Shown here in pieces: positions 1 through 15,299 of a stretch of 64,000 bases of DNA. The position numbers were made by a program, and so were the translations under genes. The DNA is from Paraspadella gotoi (lineage: Eukaryota > Animalia > Chaetognatha). Under the pieces are notes generated by a model. The model saw only the letters and a list, made by a program, of their open reading frames with translations, ran no database searches and had not been told where the DNA came from. Location of the stretch: NCBI GenBank assembly GCA_051294375.1, contig CM119271.1:8711083-8775082 (forward strand), in the 5' to 3' direction. Within the stretch, counting starts at the first letter, position 1. The number at the start of each line of letters is the position of its first letter.

Positions 1-559
1 AAAATATCAATGACTTTTCTAACTTATAAAACAATCAGATTGAATGTATCTAAATACAGGAATGGGAGCGATTTTATTAGTGCCATCCGTTCTGGGTCAC
101 GGGGTAACGCGAAAATTTCGCCCATTAAATTTCTAAAAAGAAATAACGAAAAAGCTCAGATTCTGGGTACTAATATTTTTGTCCCTTCCTGGTGTTCAAA
201 TTATCGATAATAATCCTCATTCAATACCCTATCAATATAATTAGTATCATGTAAACTTCGTAACAATCAACCGACAGTTTTTTTTCTCGATGGAATCCAT
301 CTCTCACTCGAGCAAAATGACGAAAGACAAGAGACAGAACCATAAAAGACAGATGATAAAAAAGACAGACGATAAATGAGAGATGAATGACGGATAAAAG
401 AGAGATAAACGACGACGGATAAAAAAAAAAAAGAGGAAAGATTAAAGAGAGAAAATGCATAAACCAAAAAAAGTGATGAATAAACGATAGAGAAGCATAA
501 AATCGGAGGCAGATTCCTTCATTATTGATGCCGTCTCTTCCCGCCATAAGCCCGCTATC

Positions 560-650
560 GCCCCTTACCCCTTTTAGCCCCTTGTCATGGCCCAGCCCCT
601 TACCCCTTTTAGCCCCTTGTCATGGCCCAGCCCCTTTACCCTTTACCCGT
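560..650 (+). repeat. 35-bp tandem repeat (~2.5 copies)
   Basis: GCCCCTTACCCCTTTTAGCCCCTTGTCATGGCCCA repeated. Confidence 0.85.
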
Positions 651-2522
651 GTTGTTCCAGTTTCCTTACCCTTTTTCTTTACTGATTCCATTTCCCTCTC
701 ACTCCTACTCTTCGATCTTTGCGCGTCCGATTGCCATATTCTATCGTATTCCTATCTCTCTCTCTCTCCTCTCTCTCTCCTCTCCTCTCCTCTCTCTCTC
801 TCTCTCTCATCTCTCTCTCCCTCGTCCTCTCCTCTCTCTTCTAGTTTCCCCAAATTAACCCCATCACAAAAGAAAAATACTGTGGAAAGTCATCCTCATT
901 CCGCCCACAATCCATTCCTCGCAAAAATAAGGCACCCGCGCGCATTTCTCCATCTCCCCTCGCCCTAATACCATCTCTCAGTCCTCTCTCTTCTCCTCTC
1001 TCTCTTCTCAACTATATCTCCTCCTCTCTCTCCTTTCTCTTCGCTTCCTCTCTCCTCTCTTTTTATAAATTTTGCCCTCCATCCCATCACTCCAGCCTTT
1101 CAATGCCCCTCCATGCACCATCCGCGAGAGGGCAATTTTCGGCCAACTACATAATCATAGGCCCCACGATTCCTGGGCGATCAATCTCATTTTAGGGGGC
1201 GCAATATACTGAACCTTTTTGATCCGACGCCGCCCGAGCTTGGCTCACCCTTCTGCCTCAGCCGCGCCCCAACTCCCTTCTTGTTTTAACTACAACCTCA
1301 GCGCGGAATATAAGTTGTCACAATGTAGCATTCAAGACAAAGACCGATATCATGGAGTAATTAATCAAATATTTGGGGTTATGATAAATCTATTATTACG
1401 GATATACAAACAAACTTAGCAAAATTATAAAAATCATACTATAGCTAACTTATGTAATTTACAGACTCATAGAACGACGTAAGACTAGACCCCATTAAAG
1501 ATGATGACCACTTTTCAAGCTAATAGTTTAACGATCAACTTGGAACGGCAAGCTGACCATGGAATTAATAAAAACATGACACATCAAAAAAACGACCGTT
1601 AAAAGCGCCTGAACGTTCAAGTCTAACCTTTTCGTGTATGCTTTTAAAAACCAGAGCTTCAAGTTAGAACATTGTTGATTAAAACATGAGTTTTTTTTTT
1701 GTTTGTTTTGTTTTTTTTGTTTTTTATTAATATCAAAAACGATACTTACACCTGGTAAACTCTTGCAGAAAAAACGTGTGCTCGATAGCGCTGCCTAAAC
1801 TCTATGGCTAAAAGTGGCTAGATTTTTTTTAGTATGCTAAATATTATGCCAAATTTTATTTTATCTAATTTAATGTAAAACTGTTCACAGAGTAAAGAAG
1901 AAATTATTATTATTAGAGCCTATGAAAAATGCATTTAGACAGATACAACAACAAAAAAAACAGACCGAAAAAAATGACGATACCTTTTCGCTTGGAATGC
2001 TTAAGCGATCATAACGCAGTAAAAGGCGTTTTGGCTAGCAGTAATTTTTAACAGACCAAACCACCGACGCCTAGTCGCTCTTTTGCACTTGCTAAGTTGC
2101 CTTTACACACGTGCTACTCCTCGTCGCTCACTTAGCACATCACACATGCACTCTAGACGGGAAAATCTGTATTAACCAAAGATCACTCCTTGCTTTAATT
2201 GTATAAAGTCGCTAGCAATCCGTTCCTGGTCGTCACACACACGTCCTGGCAATAACATGATTTTACAAAAAAATAATAAAATCGACGCAATAGCATATTT
2301 CAATACACGCAATTTACCTTGCTTGCCGGCAACGCCTGTTTTCATACTCTGTCCATGCTGTAGTTTGAAGAACCTTAGATTTTTCTTCTCCACATTTTCC
2401 CCATATGCCCAGATCATTTTTTTAACTGGTTAAACGGTCTGGACGAATTAAGGCCAGATCTGGGCAGCACAGTATGCTTAAGTTTTAATCAGAGATTAAA
2501 CAGCAGTTACGATGCAGAGAAA

Positions 2523-2940
2523 TTTTTTTTTTTTTTTTTTTTTTTTATTAATCCAAAAACACGTATTTGACATATATCATAACAGTAACAGTGTACAAAG
2601 ACTGGAAAACTAAACTATGTATTGATATATGTCCGGCAATTGCGCCGGATTAATTTAATTGCATATATAATTTTTTTTTTTTTTTTTATTAATACCCAAC
2701 AAACAGTATCGACACTACATATCAAACAGTAAACAGTGTAAAAGACTGGAAAATCTAAACTATGTATTTGAAATATTGTGCCGGCAATTGCGCGGATTAA
2801 TTTAATTGCATATTATACACTCTTTCTCTTTTCTTTCTTTTTTTTATTAATAACCCAAAAACAGTAATTCCGACATAATCATAACACAGCTAACACGTGT
2901 AAACAGACCTCGGAAAATAAACTATGTATCTGAAATTCAA
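2523..2940 (+). repeat. ~150-bp tandem repeat (~3 noisy copies)
   Basis: T-run ATTAAT...AACAGTAACAGTGTA..AAGACTGGAAAA..AAACTATGTATT...CCGGCAATTGCG..GATTAATTTAATTGCAT recurs. Confidence 0.8.
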
Positions 2941-4048
2941 TAAAAACAAAAGACACTACACCGTTTGCAACAAGAGGAAACCAGTAAAACGTAAACTAGC
3001 TATATTGAAATCATAAAAACAAAAGACACTAGCGTTTTAAAATCATTAATAATTGTTATGAAACTAATACATAAGCAAACTATAAAAATAACGTTCAGGA
3101 ACGGTTTAAAGATCAAATTGCCTTTAAAAATCCATAAACGGAAAAACTAAAAAAAAGAAAAATGTCAATGTTCAAGAGAAGCAATAGCCTTTTATTTTAA
3201 TTTATAATTTTTTATTTTTTGATTATAGCGTAAAAAAAAACAAAAATATGAACAACAAAGACAAAAACGAAAATATAAAGCCATAAACAAAAACAATGTT
3301 AATAAAACGGTTCAAGATAATGCCAATAAAAACAAACAAAAAATAATGAAACAAGAACAAACACAAGAATATAAGCCTATCACACTGGAAAAACGCTGAA
3401 GAAAGGAGACAAGAAGCAAGGAATTTAAAACCTTGCAAGATCTAAAACTTATAAAAGTGGTTTATATATATGTTAAAAGTTAAAGGCAGAGGGACCAGCA
3501 TTGGCTATGAATAGAAAAATAATCAACTAATAATCAAGTATATATATATATACATATAAAATAATATAATATATAATATAACCAGCACTCCAGATCAAAC
3601 CAGAAAAGAACAACTAATAAAAAACAAACAAGAGACGCTCAAAAACAAAATGAGCCACCGCTACACCCAGATTACACCAGGACAGTCCTCGGTTTTTCTT
3701 TTTGTTTTTTTTTGGTTTTTTTTTGGTTCGTTTTCTCTTTTACAGTAACAACATAACCTTCCTACATCATCCTACACTCGAAACGCTACCCACATACTCA
3801 TCACACAAAAAAAGACGCTCTAACTCACAACACCACACTACCTAAATTATCCAGACGGCTACCGTACATAAAACAGAAAAAAGAGCGCTAATACAAAAAC
3901 ACAACTATAAACCACATATAAAATACTAGATATGTGGTCGCCTCACATACCCAAACAAGATACCCTATTGATTAAATAACCGATTCCAATAGCAAATTTT
4001 TATAAACCCGTTTAATAGGGTTTTCCCCTACTCTATGGTCCCATCCTC

Positions 4049-4148
4049 NNNNNNNNNNNNNNNNNNNNNNNNNNNNNNNNNNNNNNNNNNNNNNNNNNNN
4101 NNNNNNNNNNNNNNNNNNNNNNNNNNNNNNNNNNNNNNNNNNNNNNNN
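4049..4148. other. Assembly gap (100 N); others at 22246-22270, 25455-25479, 30669-30879, 42907-42931, 51137-51161, 51738-52021, 52113-52470, 57265-58003
   Basis: N runs counted directly. Confidence 0.98.
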
Positions 4149-4624
4149 ATAGGATTAAAAAGCCGTGTACTTGTTTATCAATGATGAGTTATGTTATGCT
4201 ACTACTTATTTCCCGTTTCTAAAAAATTAAAGTAGTTAAATTGTTCATAGTGGAACTTAAGGTCGCAACTACATTATATATATCACAAATCAATAACAAC
4301 AATAATATACCGATGTAACGATTCAAAACTTGTGTGTAATCAAATGATAAACTTTGTTAACACAAAGTATCGATAAACTTAACTAAAAGAAAAAAGTATA
4401 CTTGTTAAGTGTCGTGGAAATAGCATAATGTTTCAATAATTGTTATTACGTTTTCGTTTCCGAGTTATTCATTATTAACTTACTTATTAATTATATCACA
4501 CTACTTAATTTTGTTATAATTGAAGTTTACTACAATGATGTTGTGTGATTAACAACCTGACTGCAACGTTACAAGGTATGAAGGGCTAGAAGATGACTGT
4601 CCAGTAATCGTGTCTGATACACCC

Positions 4625-4855
4625 CCGTCTAAAACAGCCATGGAACGGGTTCGCCTTGGCTTGTGTAACCACAGGCTTAGGGTATTTGCACATGCCCCCA
4701 AGGCAGCCTTACCCAGTCTTAGCCGAGACTCGTACCTCTAGCCTCTCACACCAGGATAGGTAATCCTAGTTGGGATTGAACCCACGGTTATATACTATCA
4801 GCGTAGTGCGTCATTGCGCTGGCATGGCTTCCTTACTTCAATGAGCCACCGTGAC
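4625..4855 (-). mobile_element. tRNA-derived SINE, related copy
   Basis: Reverse strand reads GGTGGCTCATTGA (A box), GGGTTCAATCCC (B box, 4783-4772) and CCGTTCCATGGCTG (4648-4635). Confidence 0.55.
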
Positions 4856-7800
4856 GGGTCACAACTGAATAGTGTGTCATGTTGTCTAGGCGGGGTGAAA
4901 TACTGTTCCCTAGGAGCAATGCTCGTCGACTACAAGCAAATTGACTTTAATACATTACTAATTAATAAAACTTTAAACGTTTATCTTGAAATCTTAAGGT
5001 AGGCAACTATACCGCTTACCTTAGTACACTATCCTTTCTAAACTCTTAAACCTATATATACATTGTAACATTAACATATTTAGAACAAAGTAATGCAAAT
5101 CAATTTAATAGGTGTTTATTCTCTCACTAAATATATAGAATTACTATACTTTATGCCATCCATATTTATTACACCTTGCTATGTGTTTTATTTTTATAAT
5201 TTTAAATTTTATTTATCGTCTTTCATACTTATAGTTTACTTTAATGCTTTATACTATATCATTGGACACTTTTTTTCATCCGGTATTAAATCAAACGTTT
5301 ACGTACAAATTTATTGTCATGGTGTGATTGGTCATTAGGATGATTCCGCCAAGAAATATAAACATGTTGATCATAGTATATTTCTTATTGTCGTCTGTTT
5401 TTCTTCTCTACGTTAGAGTTGCATCCAAAATATTAACCCATATTCAGATGTAATTATACAAAAGTAATACTTTATCAATGTTTAAAGTCACTTAGTCCCT
5501 TATAGGAATTACATATTGATCATATCCATGTCTAGGTATTGTTAGCCCATTGTTCTTTTTTCTTAACAGTCTACGTTCTGCAACTTCTTTATTAATGTTT
5601 GGAGTACGTAATGCAGCTTTATTTAGTGTTGCCATCGTGAATACATACGTCCTGTCAGCATCAGTCGGAGATAAACTGTTCATTGTAAACTTGTTGGTGC
5701 TATTTATAACCCCTACGATAAGATTAATTAGTAGTTTGTTATTATATATGGTAATATTTCAGATGGTTAGCAAGTGTAACTATTCTTTTTATAGTGTCCA
5801 CGGTCATCTATTATTGCGACATTTTTGTTATCAACTTTATATAAGTCAATGGGGCAGGATATCGTTATAACGTTCTATTCTCGTGTGTGTAGCTGTTATC
5901 TGTGTCTTCGTGAATTTTATAAGGTCGTTAACTTTGTTTTACATTGATATCCCGAAGGACTCCATGTTTCGTTTCTATTCATAACGGAAAATTCTTTCAC
6001 TTTAATAAAATAGAAATTTAAAAAATTTTATAAACAAAAAATAAATGATTAAAAATTTCTAGAAAAAAAAAAAAAAACCTATGTCAAGAAATAATATTCA
6101 GTATCATGAATGTTCTGAACCAAGGAAACGTGATATAGAAATTATATATAAGGTTTGATTACCTTAAGATCCATGTCACAGTAGTGAAAAGTCTTAACCT
6201 GCTTTCCCTTTCACCCGAGTATTCAATTTGGCCAGTAGCGGTATCCAGCTCCCATATCATTTAGATTAGTGTTGGCCAGAATAGACGTTGAAATTGAAAG
6301 ATCCCCGTTATATTATATAATGCCGATAATGAGAGTTATTTAACAATTTTCCTATAGCCATTTTTGTTGTCATAAATGTGTTATTAATAATTCCTTATAA
6401 ACCATTACAATATATTCTCCCTCAAATATAAAGTTAAGGGGGCGGGGTAAGGGGGGTAGGGAGATTGTGGGGTTCTGGCTTAGTGTTTGTTTGGTTGTGT
6501 ACGTTGTTAAAAGATGAAGGAAATGGGTTGTGGATTAAGGGAAGCAGGAGTTGAGGTGTGTGAGTGAGAGGAAAAGTGTATTCGTGGGAATTGATGGGTA
6601 GGGGGGAGTGATGAGAAGGGATTAAATGATTAAATTGTGTAAGTTGTGTAGATGGTGTGTATTGTGACGAAGTAAGGGGAGGGGGTGGCCGAAGATGGGG
6701 AATGAGAGAAATATGAGGGAGATATTGAACAAGGAGTTATTAAAACAGGAGTATAAGGAGAAAAAAAAATTTTTTATCTAAGAATAGGAATATATTTAAG
6801 GCTAAGAATTGTGAGTTTATGGGGTAATTTTAAAGTTAGTGTCTGGATGTAGTGTTGTGGAGGAGGTATGGGTTTTTTAAGGATAATTTTCGGAGCGGTT
6901 TGGTGCAGAAGAAAAAGAAAAAAAAGGAAGAAGAACAAAAAGAAGAGAAAAAGGAGGAAAGAAGTAGAAAAAAAAGAAGACAAAGAAAAGAAGAGAAGAA
7001 AGAAAAAGAAAGGGGGTTTAAGAGAACTTGGGGTAATATAAGAGAAGTGATGTGGTTTGAAGTGGGTATATGAGCGTTCTGATGCTGGGATCTAGTTTGG
7101 CATGGCGCTGCTATGGTGGGAGGGTAGTGAATTCACATCGCGGCCTCACGGTCCTGAGTCATTTTTCTTTCAAGAAGACGGTCGGGGGGGGGCCAAGAAC
7201 GAGGGACGGCTTCCAGCTCTGCGGTGTTGGGCAGTAGCGGTGGCGGGAGAGGCGTGTGAAAACCTCCGGTGAGACGTGAACAGAAGGGATGGGGTGTGGG
7301 TAACATGGCATGCGCCCATGTGGGAGGCGTAGGTAAGGGTGATGGCGTAGTTTGTCACCCAAGGGGTGAGCTGGAGGAGAGGGAGTTGGGTGGAATTTGG
7401 AGGGTTAAAGAAGGAGGTGGTCGGCGGAAAAGTTATAGCAACATACGAGCCCAAAAAGAAGGCGAACAACAAGGGATAGAAAGGGGTTAGGATTGTGTGA
7501 GTGGTTAGTGGTGGCAACAGCGGACGATGAACGAATAGCCCAGGGATGGGTGAAATCGACAGGGCAACCCCCAGCTTGTTGAGCCGAACAAGAGTGTAAG
7601 AAGCAGGGTAAAGGGGTAGGAGACGGGGGCGGGAGGCCGATTGAGAGTGTATTATCAGTGGAGGATTTGAAATAGCGCAACCGTTGATGTACAAGAAAGA
7701 GTACGCAATAAAATATAAGAAAACGGCATAATGTGGAAGAGCGCAGTGGGAGGGAGAGCGTGGCCGAAACTTGGGAATACTCTACATCTATTGCTTCGTC

Positions 7801-9832
7801 CCTCGTTTGATAATGAACAGTTGTGTGTCAGGGAGTGGTACGTGATATAAAATAACTTCGTGGAAGCAGGCAGGTGGCGTTCGTTGAGGGAACCCTGAAG
7901 GTGAGTAGTTTGGTGGGGCCCGGGGAGGGTCCCATCATCAAAGAGGTAGTAATAGGCATGAGAGGGAGGGGTTGTGGTTGGGTTTTGTTACTGGTCCAGG
8001 GGTGTGCAGTCGTTGAAAGGGAAGAAGATTGGTCTGCTATTAGAAGCGGCAGTGTATTGTTAGATCAATATCTGATGAAGAGAAATAGTGATTATGGGGG
8101 GAGTAAATAAAGAGATGAATAGAGAAAAGAAGGTACTGAGTCGAGATGTTAGAGACGGTTTTGTGGTTGTTTATGTGTAGAAAGGGGGAGAGAAGAGTCA
8201 CTGAGAAAGAGATGATCGGGTGTGTGCTGGACCAGAGTGTGGCTTTATGGTGAAGGGAGAAGGCGTGGGAGCCCAGGAGGGGGGGTCTGTGCGGGTGTGG
8301 GGTTGGCGAAGTTGTGTTAGAGAAAAAAATATGGGGAAGTGGGGAGGGGGTATCCCTGAGTGAAAAATGGGTGTGTGCCGGCATGACTAAGGGCCAATGG
8401 TGAGTGGGTTGTGGGGGGGGGGGGGGGGAGGGGCGGGGGGGGGGAGGGGCGGAGGTGGGGGGGAAGAAGGGGCAAAGGGGGGGAAAAGGGGGGGGGGACT
8501 GTGGAGTGGCGATTCCAACAAAAAAAACCCCCCCCGCGGGGGCCGCGGGGGCCGGCTCGGTCAGCAGCGGCCCGGGGGTCCGGAGATCATCGGGTCGAAA
8601 GCCGAAATCCATTGGCGGCTTGGGGGCGTGAGTATGGGACCCAATGTTTGGCTGGTATGAGAGGGAGGCGCCCTGGGGGCGGGATTGGGCTGGAAGGGGA
8701 GTGGGAAGGCGCCCAGTATTTTTGAAAAATAATTGAACAAAGCAAGAACTTGGGGTGGTGAGTTAGTGTACAGGTAAGAAGTCAGATAGGTGGTTGGTTT
8801 GATAGTAATGTACAAGAGATATGTGGGGTTGGTGGTGGGTCAGGGATATGTTTGGTTGTAAAAAGGACAAATGCTTGGAAGATGTAAAAGGTAGGTATTT
8901 GTGGTGGGGAGATGGACGGAAGTGGGGTAGTTTATCAAACTATTCTGTTCTGTCGATAATTATGTGGGTAACGTTAGAAGTAGAGGATGATGTTGGTAGA
9001 GATGCGGGTTTGTGTCTTGTAGCGTGGAAACGAGAGAATAAAGAACAGTGCCAGGGTTTTTTTAAGAATAAAAAAATAAAAAAAAAAAAAAAAAAAAAAT
9101 AAAAAGTACAAATCGAAAAAAAATTAAAAAAAAAAATAAAAATAGAAAAAAAAAGGAAGTAAAAATATCAAAAAAAAAGTAATTAAAACAACAAAAATTT
9201 AAATATAAAAAAAAAAAAAATTAATTAAAAAAGTTAAAAAAGGAATAAAATTAATATTAATAAAAAATAAATATTAATATCATCAATAAAATAAGAGTAA
9301 TGAAAAAAAATATCCCTTGTATTCTACCCTCTATATCTTATTAATGAAGTTTCCCATGTTTCTCCAGAGGGAGTTTCGAGCTACGCTGACTCGTCCAGAC
9401 ATTCTTCTTATTTATGGCCTTTTGTATCGCTTCCCTATGTGGCTTGTAGTTTACTGTGCTACGAGTCGTCTTCGCCTGCTGGTGGTGTAATTAGAATCGG
9501 GTCAAGTCATGTTTCGCCTTCATTTTTTGTTACACAATATTGGGGAGGTGTTTACTAATTACTAGACAAAATAAGATACAAATTTCTGTGTGCATATTAA
9601 CATTTTGTGTTACTGTTTACGTTCTTTCTGAGTAAATTCTCACGTCTCAGTAACTCTAGTGCCGTCACGCGCTATAATCGTTACCTGAGGCTCGATGACG
9701 CACAAGGGCAGTAGCAAAAAAAAAAAAAAGGAAGAAAAAAAATAAAAAAAAAAAATAAAAAAACAACAAAAAACTCAATAAAAAAAAACAACAAAAGAAA
9801 AAACAGAAGAAAACAAAACAAAAAAACAAAAA

Positions 9833-9867
<35 letters not shown>

Positions 9868-12800
9868 ATAAACAAAAAAACGAACAAAAACAAAAAACTG
9901 CAAAAAACAAAAACAAAAAAACAAAAAAAAAAAAAAAAAAAAACAAAAAACACAAAAAACAAAAAAAAAAAAACGCAAAAAAAAAACAAAAAAAAAAAAC
10001 AAAAAAAAACCAACAAAAAACCTGCTACCAACAAAAAAAACAACAACAGACATATATAAGATCAGCAAAACAAAAAAAACGACAACAAAAAACAGAAAAA
10101 AAAAAAAAAAAAAAAAAAAAACAAAAAAAAAAAGAACAACAAAAACCACACAAAAGAATCCGAATCACAAAAATCAAACACCAAGAAACACACAAACCAA
10201 AAAAAGAAAATTATATAATACACTTCAACTGGCCACTCCCGGACGGAAGCTTAATTTCTACTAAGACCAGCCGTGTTCCTCGTCACCTCTCTGCACACAA
10301 CCCCACCCCCTCTCCCCGCCCCCCCGCCTCAGTCCCCCCGCGTCGATCCCGCCACCTGACCCGTCCACCCCGGGGCGCACCATTTTCCTGTGCCCAAGAA
10401 AACTATCTCACACTCACCTGCGTCTTGTACCCCCCCTCGCCGTCTATTCCGTACATTGATTAATCCGCTAGAATAATTTGTGTAATAATATGCAGTAATA
10501 GAAACTCCTTAGACAAATCGCTCACCCTGTCGATCAAGCTTACATCGAACCACAGAGAGGTATGGGTGGACCGCGCACATATACCACCCATTTTGTCTTT
10601 TCTTAAGTGTTGATTCGTTCAATGACGTGCTGTGTTCCGCTCTCACCTTAACCTTGTCATAATTTTGGTGTTGGATTAAAGAAAATTCTTGTGTCCATTG
10701 AGACGATTGGTAGTATTGTCTGGAAAACAAAATACTTCCTGAATGTTCGATAGTGTATCTTATGATAGAGGTATGAATATGAAATATATTTGCTCTTGTA
10801 TTTTATCACCTTTGAGCTGAGACTTGGGAGAGCGAAGGAGGATCTAATTAGAACTGATTTTTAAGTCTCAACTGCCTATCAGACTTTTCAGGCTCAGAGG
10901 TGGGGGGTTCGATATTTTATATATTTGGATAATAATAGTTTTGATTTTTATTTCAATATAACGCCATTACTCCTGAATCTCTATTCTGTCTTTTTCCCGA
11001 TCACGGAACGAGTATCACCGTCAGCTAACACGAAGACACGTGTCGTCTACAGGTTGGAGGTTGTTTCGTGACTGGTGCTAATTTATACCGGAAGGCGAGT
11101 CTACTCCCAAAAGTTGTTTCGCCATATATTTATGAGTTGGTTCTTGGCAAGGCATGCTTGCCCTAATATGCTGGTGCTAAATTGTCGGTATCTGCTTAAA
11201 TGTCCATGTGGCTTTTAATCTTGATCGACCCATGTGCAATATTCTAAGATTGCAGAATTCTGAGGGTGCGCACGTATAGTGGAGGATGGGCGTGACAAAT
11301 GTTCTAAAAGTGTAGGATGAAGGATACTCCTGAAAAGAAAAAAAATGAATAATTAATTAGTAAATCACATAGGGCGTCAGAAAATGAGTTTTTATGCCAG
11401 TGATAAAGATTTATTAATTTTTATATCAAATAGAAATATCATTTGGATGGTTTGTATTCCTTAATAGTAATAAAAAAATTATCCTAAAGTCGGAATTAAA
11501 ACATTATATAAAATGATATCTTTATGATGAATGTGCGTTAATGTAAACGTATCAATGGATATTGATGCGAGATAAAAATAGATAAAAAATATAAAAAAAT
11601 CATAAAAAAATTGGGAATGGTGTGTCGGTAGAGAGTGCATTGTTAGAGGCGTGTTGAGTGAATCTATATGTATCATAGAAATTCTTTAAGAAAAGAAACT
11701 GACTTACAGGTGCCTCTGATCTCGAGGAGTTAATTTAATAACAATATAATAACCAAGTAACGATAAACCGCACGAATATTTGCTAAATAACCGACAAACA
11801 AAAGTTACCATTTCGGACACACCTTGTAGTTACTACTTCCAGAGAGTTAAAAAGCATCCGAGAATTTGAATGCCCTTTGGTAATAATTTAATTCCAGATT
11901 TTTTGTTACCACACGATACAAAAAAAATTTATCGATTGATAACATGTTTTAACTTTAAGTTTTGGAATTAGGGCTTTAATTATTTACGAAAAATCTGAAA
12001 ACATATATTAAAATATAAAGAAAATTTATTTTGAGAGAATTTTGTTATTTATAAAGGATAATACGGTATAAATATATTGGATGCCATAAATACACGGAGA
12101 CTAAGAGAAGTTATTAATAGGCCTAGGGGGGTAAAACTTGGCAGACTGCGTAATATTAGGTCATTAACTAAACGCTGCATGTGTTTACAATTACTTATGC
12201 CTTTCTTTTAGTCAGTTGACACATACTCTCTATAGTAGATGTTAGGCTGGAACCTCCGTCATCTATTTCTTGTTTATGTTCTGGTGTTTTGTAATGATAA
12301 CTGTGACATAAGTATTGTGTATTCATACCATAAAACTTTTCTCGTACAAGATAATTTCTAAATCATGAGTATCACAAAGAGAAATACACATGAAAAGAAA
12401 GTAAACTGTGCGGCGCAAAACATATGTACTCGATCTTGTTTTGTTTATCTGCCAACCAATTTTATTTTTATAAAAGGCAGAAAAAGGAAACATGAAAATT
12501 TTAAAAACTTAGATGTAAGTTTTCATTCCACTAGCGCGAAAAAAAATTAATAAATTATTTTAAAAATTGTTTGAATCAACAGTATAAGGGTTTTGCGGTG
12601 TTTGAATGAAAAAAGTGAAATAGATGGGAGCCACCGCAGATAGAGTTTGCAAACCAATAAAATTAAGAAAAAGACAGTGGTGATAGAAATATAAGGAGAG
12701 TTAAGAATAAGTTGACTCAACAATTTTTTTAGTGAGGGATATTAAAGAAAGAAAGTTGAGATAAGATAATCCTCATATTTAATCAATTAAGTTGCAAACA

Positions 12801-13354
12801 ATTATCATTTTAAATAATACTGTAAAACAGGAACAATATTATAACAACATTAAAAGAAGAAGAGAGTTAGTAAAAAAAAGAGAAGAAAGAGCTGGCCCCC
12901 CCCGCTTTCGGACAAAGAAAGCAGTGACGATGTGACCGGGTCATAGGTCATTTGGATCTTGAGTCCCAGACTTTATGACCTCTCATATTAGGGTTCGGGC
13001 AAAGATCCTGCTTGGAAAAATGCCTTGGGTACTTTCAACGACCTTATTATGTCTGCTGGCTGCCTCTTCTGCCTTTAAGAACAAGGCGGGCCTAAAGTTT
13101 GTCCTTGGTTCCTTGGCATCGGGAGAGACCCCCCCTTCCTCAAACTGTTAGACGCCTTTTATTCGGTCGGTGGGCGTCAGTGTAAGGCTAAGTAAGGTAA
13201 AGACCTTTAACGGCATGAAGTATCCTACTTTTCATATCACTTAAAAGTGATCACATGACACAGAATTCAATGCAGCATACACTCATGAAATTACTGAGCC
13301 TAAACTAGATAGTAAATCCTGATAAATTCACAATAAATATATAAAAAAATATAA

Positions 13355-13389
<35 letters not shown>

Positions 13390-13437
13390 AGATATAAAAT
13401 AAAAAAAACAAAAAAAATAAAAAAAAAAAAAAAAAGA

Positions 13438-13496
<59 letters not shown>

Positions 13497-14768
13497 AAAA
13501 AAAAAATATAATAGAAAATATAAAAAAATGTAAAAATAATATTTAATAAATTAAAAAGAAAAATAAAAATAAAAAAATATAAAATATATAGTAGAGGGAG
13601 AATAAAAATGATATATAAATACTTAAAACTTAACTTCGGCTTATACATCTGCTATACTCTAAAATGAACAAAATAACAAATAAATATATACAAAAGTAAC
13701 AAAATACTAAAATAGAAATATAACTTACAATAACAAACGATTAAAATAATTAAAAAAAATACAAATAAAAATTAAAAATTAAATTATAAAATAAAAAATT
13801 AACAAAAAAAGAATTAATAACAAACAAAATGAATTATAAAATTAAAAGTAATAAAATTATAATTTAAAAAAAAATAAAGAACAAAAAATAAAAATAACAA
13901 AAGTTAAATAAAAATAAAAAGTAAAAAATTAATTAAAAATTAAGAGAAAAATATCATAAATTATAAAAAATAAATAAAGCAACAAAATATAATCAAAATT
14001 GAAAAACATTTAAAAAAAAAGGAACGATCGAGAAAACTAGGAAAACCGAGAACGGAAAAGAAAAAGCAAAAGCAATAGAAAAGACAAAAATAGAGTCTAC
14101 AACAAATTATATTAAAGAATAGAGAAGCTGAAGAAGACTATAGGAAAATCGAACGAGCATAGAGAAAAAAAAAAAAAATTTGAAAAGGGAATGAGAGACC
14201 AAAAAGAAAAAAAGATATGAAGAAGGAACTAGGAGAAAAAAGAAACTGAAAAAATTATTTATTTAGGCAACAGAGAAAAGCTAGGTAAAAGATTAGGAGC
14301 CTTGGAAAGCATGAAAAGAAAAAAAAAAGGAAAAAAAAAAAAAAAATGAGCCAGAAAACATAAACCAAACAAAAAACCAACAAAGGAACAGAAAAACAAA
14401 CATAAAAAACGACAAAAGAAATCAGAAACGAAACGATAGAACAAAAAGAAGGAACAAAGAAGAGAAAAACCCAATTGACAGAACAAACGAACGAAAGCAA
14501 ATAAGACAAAAAAAGACAGAAAGGCAGGAAAATCACACGATCTGAATTAAAATCACAAGGAACAGAAAAGAGAGGGCCAGGAGGATACACAATAAAACCA
14601 GAAAGCTAAGGTCAAGTGGTCACGACTAAAACAACACAACCAAACAATACAACTAAACACTCCCCAATAAATTCCAAAAAATAACCACAAAAGCCCCACC
14701 TATCTCCCTCTCATACACACAGAACAATATACTAAATTTCAAAACACATACGAATCTTTACACAACAA

Positions 14769-14806
<38 letters not shown>

Positions 14807-15299
14807 AAAACCACAATTTATATTAAAAAACAAACATTTTATACATGACTAGACAAAAAGAACCTTAAAATACAGAGAGACAAAAAAAACTAAAAGTTAG
14901 AAAATCTGCAATAGCAAAATAACAGAACAAGCATAAAAATGAAAAGAAAAAGTACCAATGATCAAAAGTTCAAAAGATCAAAAAAATCAAAAAAAAGATA
15001 CAGATATCAAGTACAAATAGATCAAAAAAAAAGAAAAAATAAAAAAAAAACAAAAAGAAAATCAAGTCACAAGTCAAAGAAATCAAAGTCAAAGTTATAC
15101 AAAGCACAAAGCAAAAAAAAAAACAAAAATACTAAAAAAAAGTACAAAAAAAATCACAAAAAAAAAAAAAAGTAACAAAAATCAAAACAAAAAAAAGAAA
15201 AAGAATAACATAAAAAAAAAAAAAATCAATACAAAAGAAAGAATAACAAAAAGTACCAAGTAACAAAAGATACAAAAGAATACCAAAAAAAAAGTAAAA

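Noticed and set aside
8400-8500. G-quadruplex or Gly-rich ORFs
   Set aside because: G-runs lie within apparently low-quality sequence, so their lengths cannot be trusted.
13000-13110. Minus-strand KL*ARLVLKG...QGI...IFA resembling the copia RT motif KARLVAKG
   Set aside because: Needs a stop-codon correction and a frameshift, lies in low-quality sequence, and no other RT motifs are nearby.
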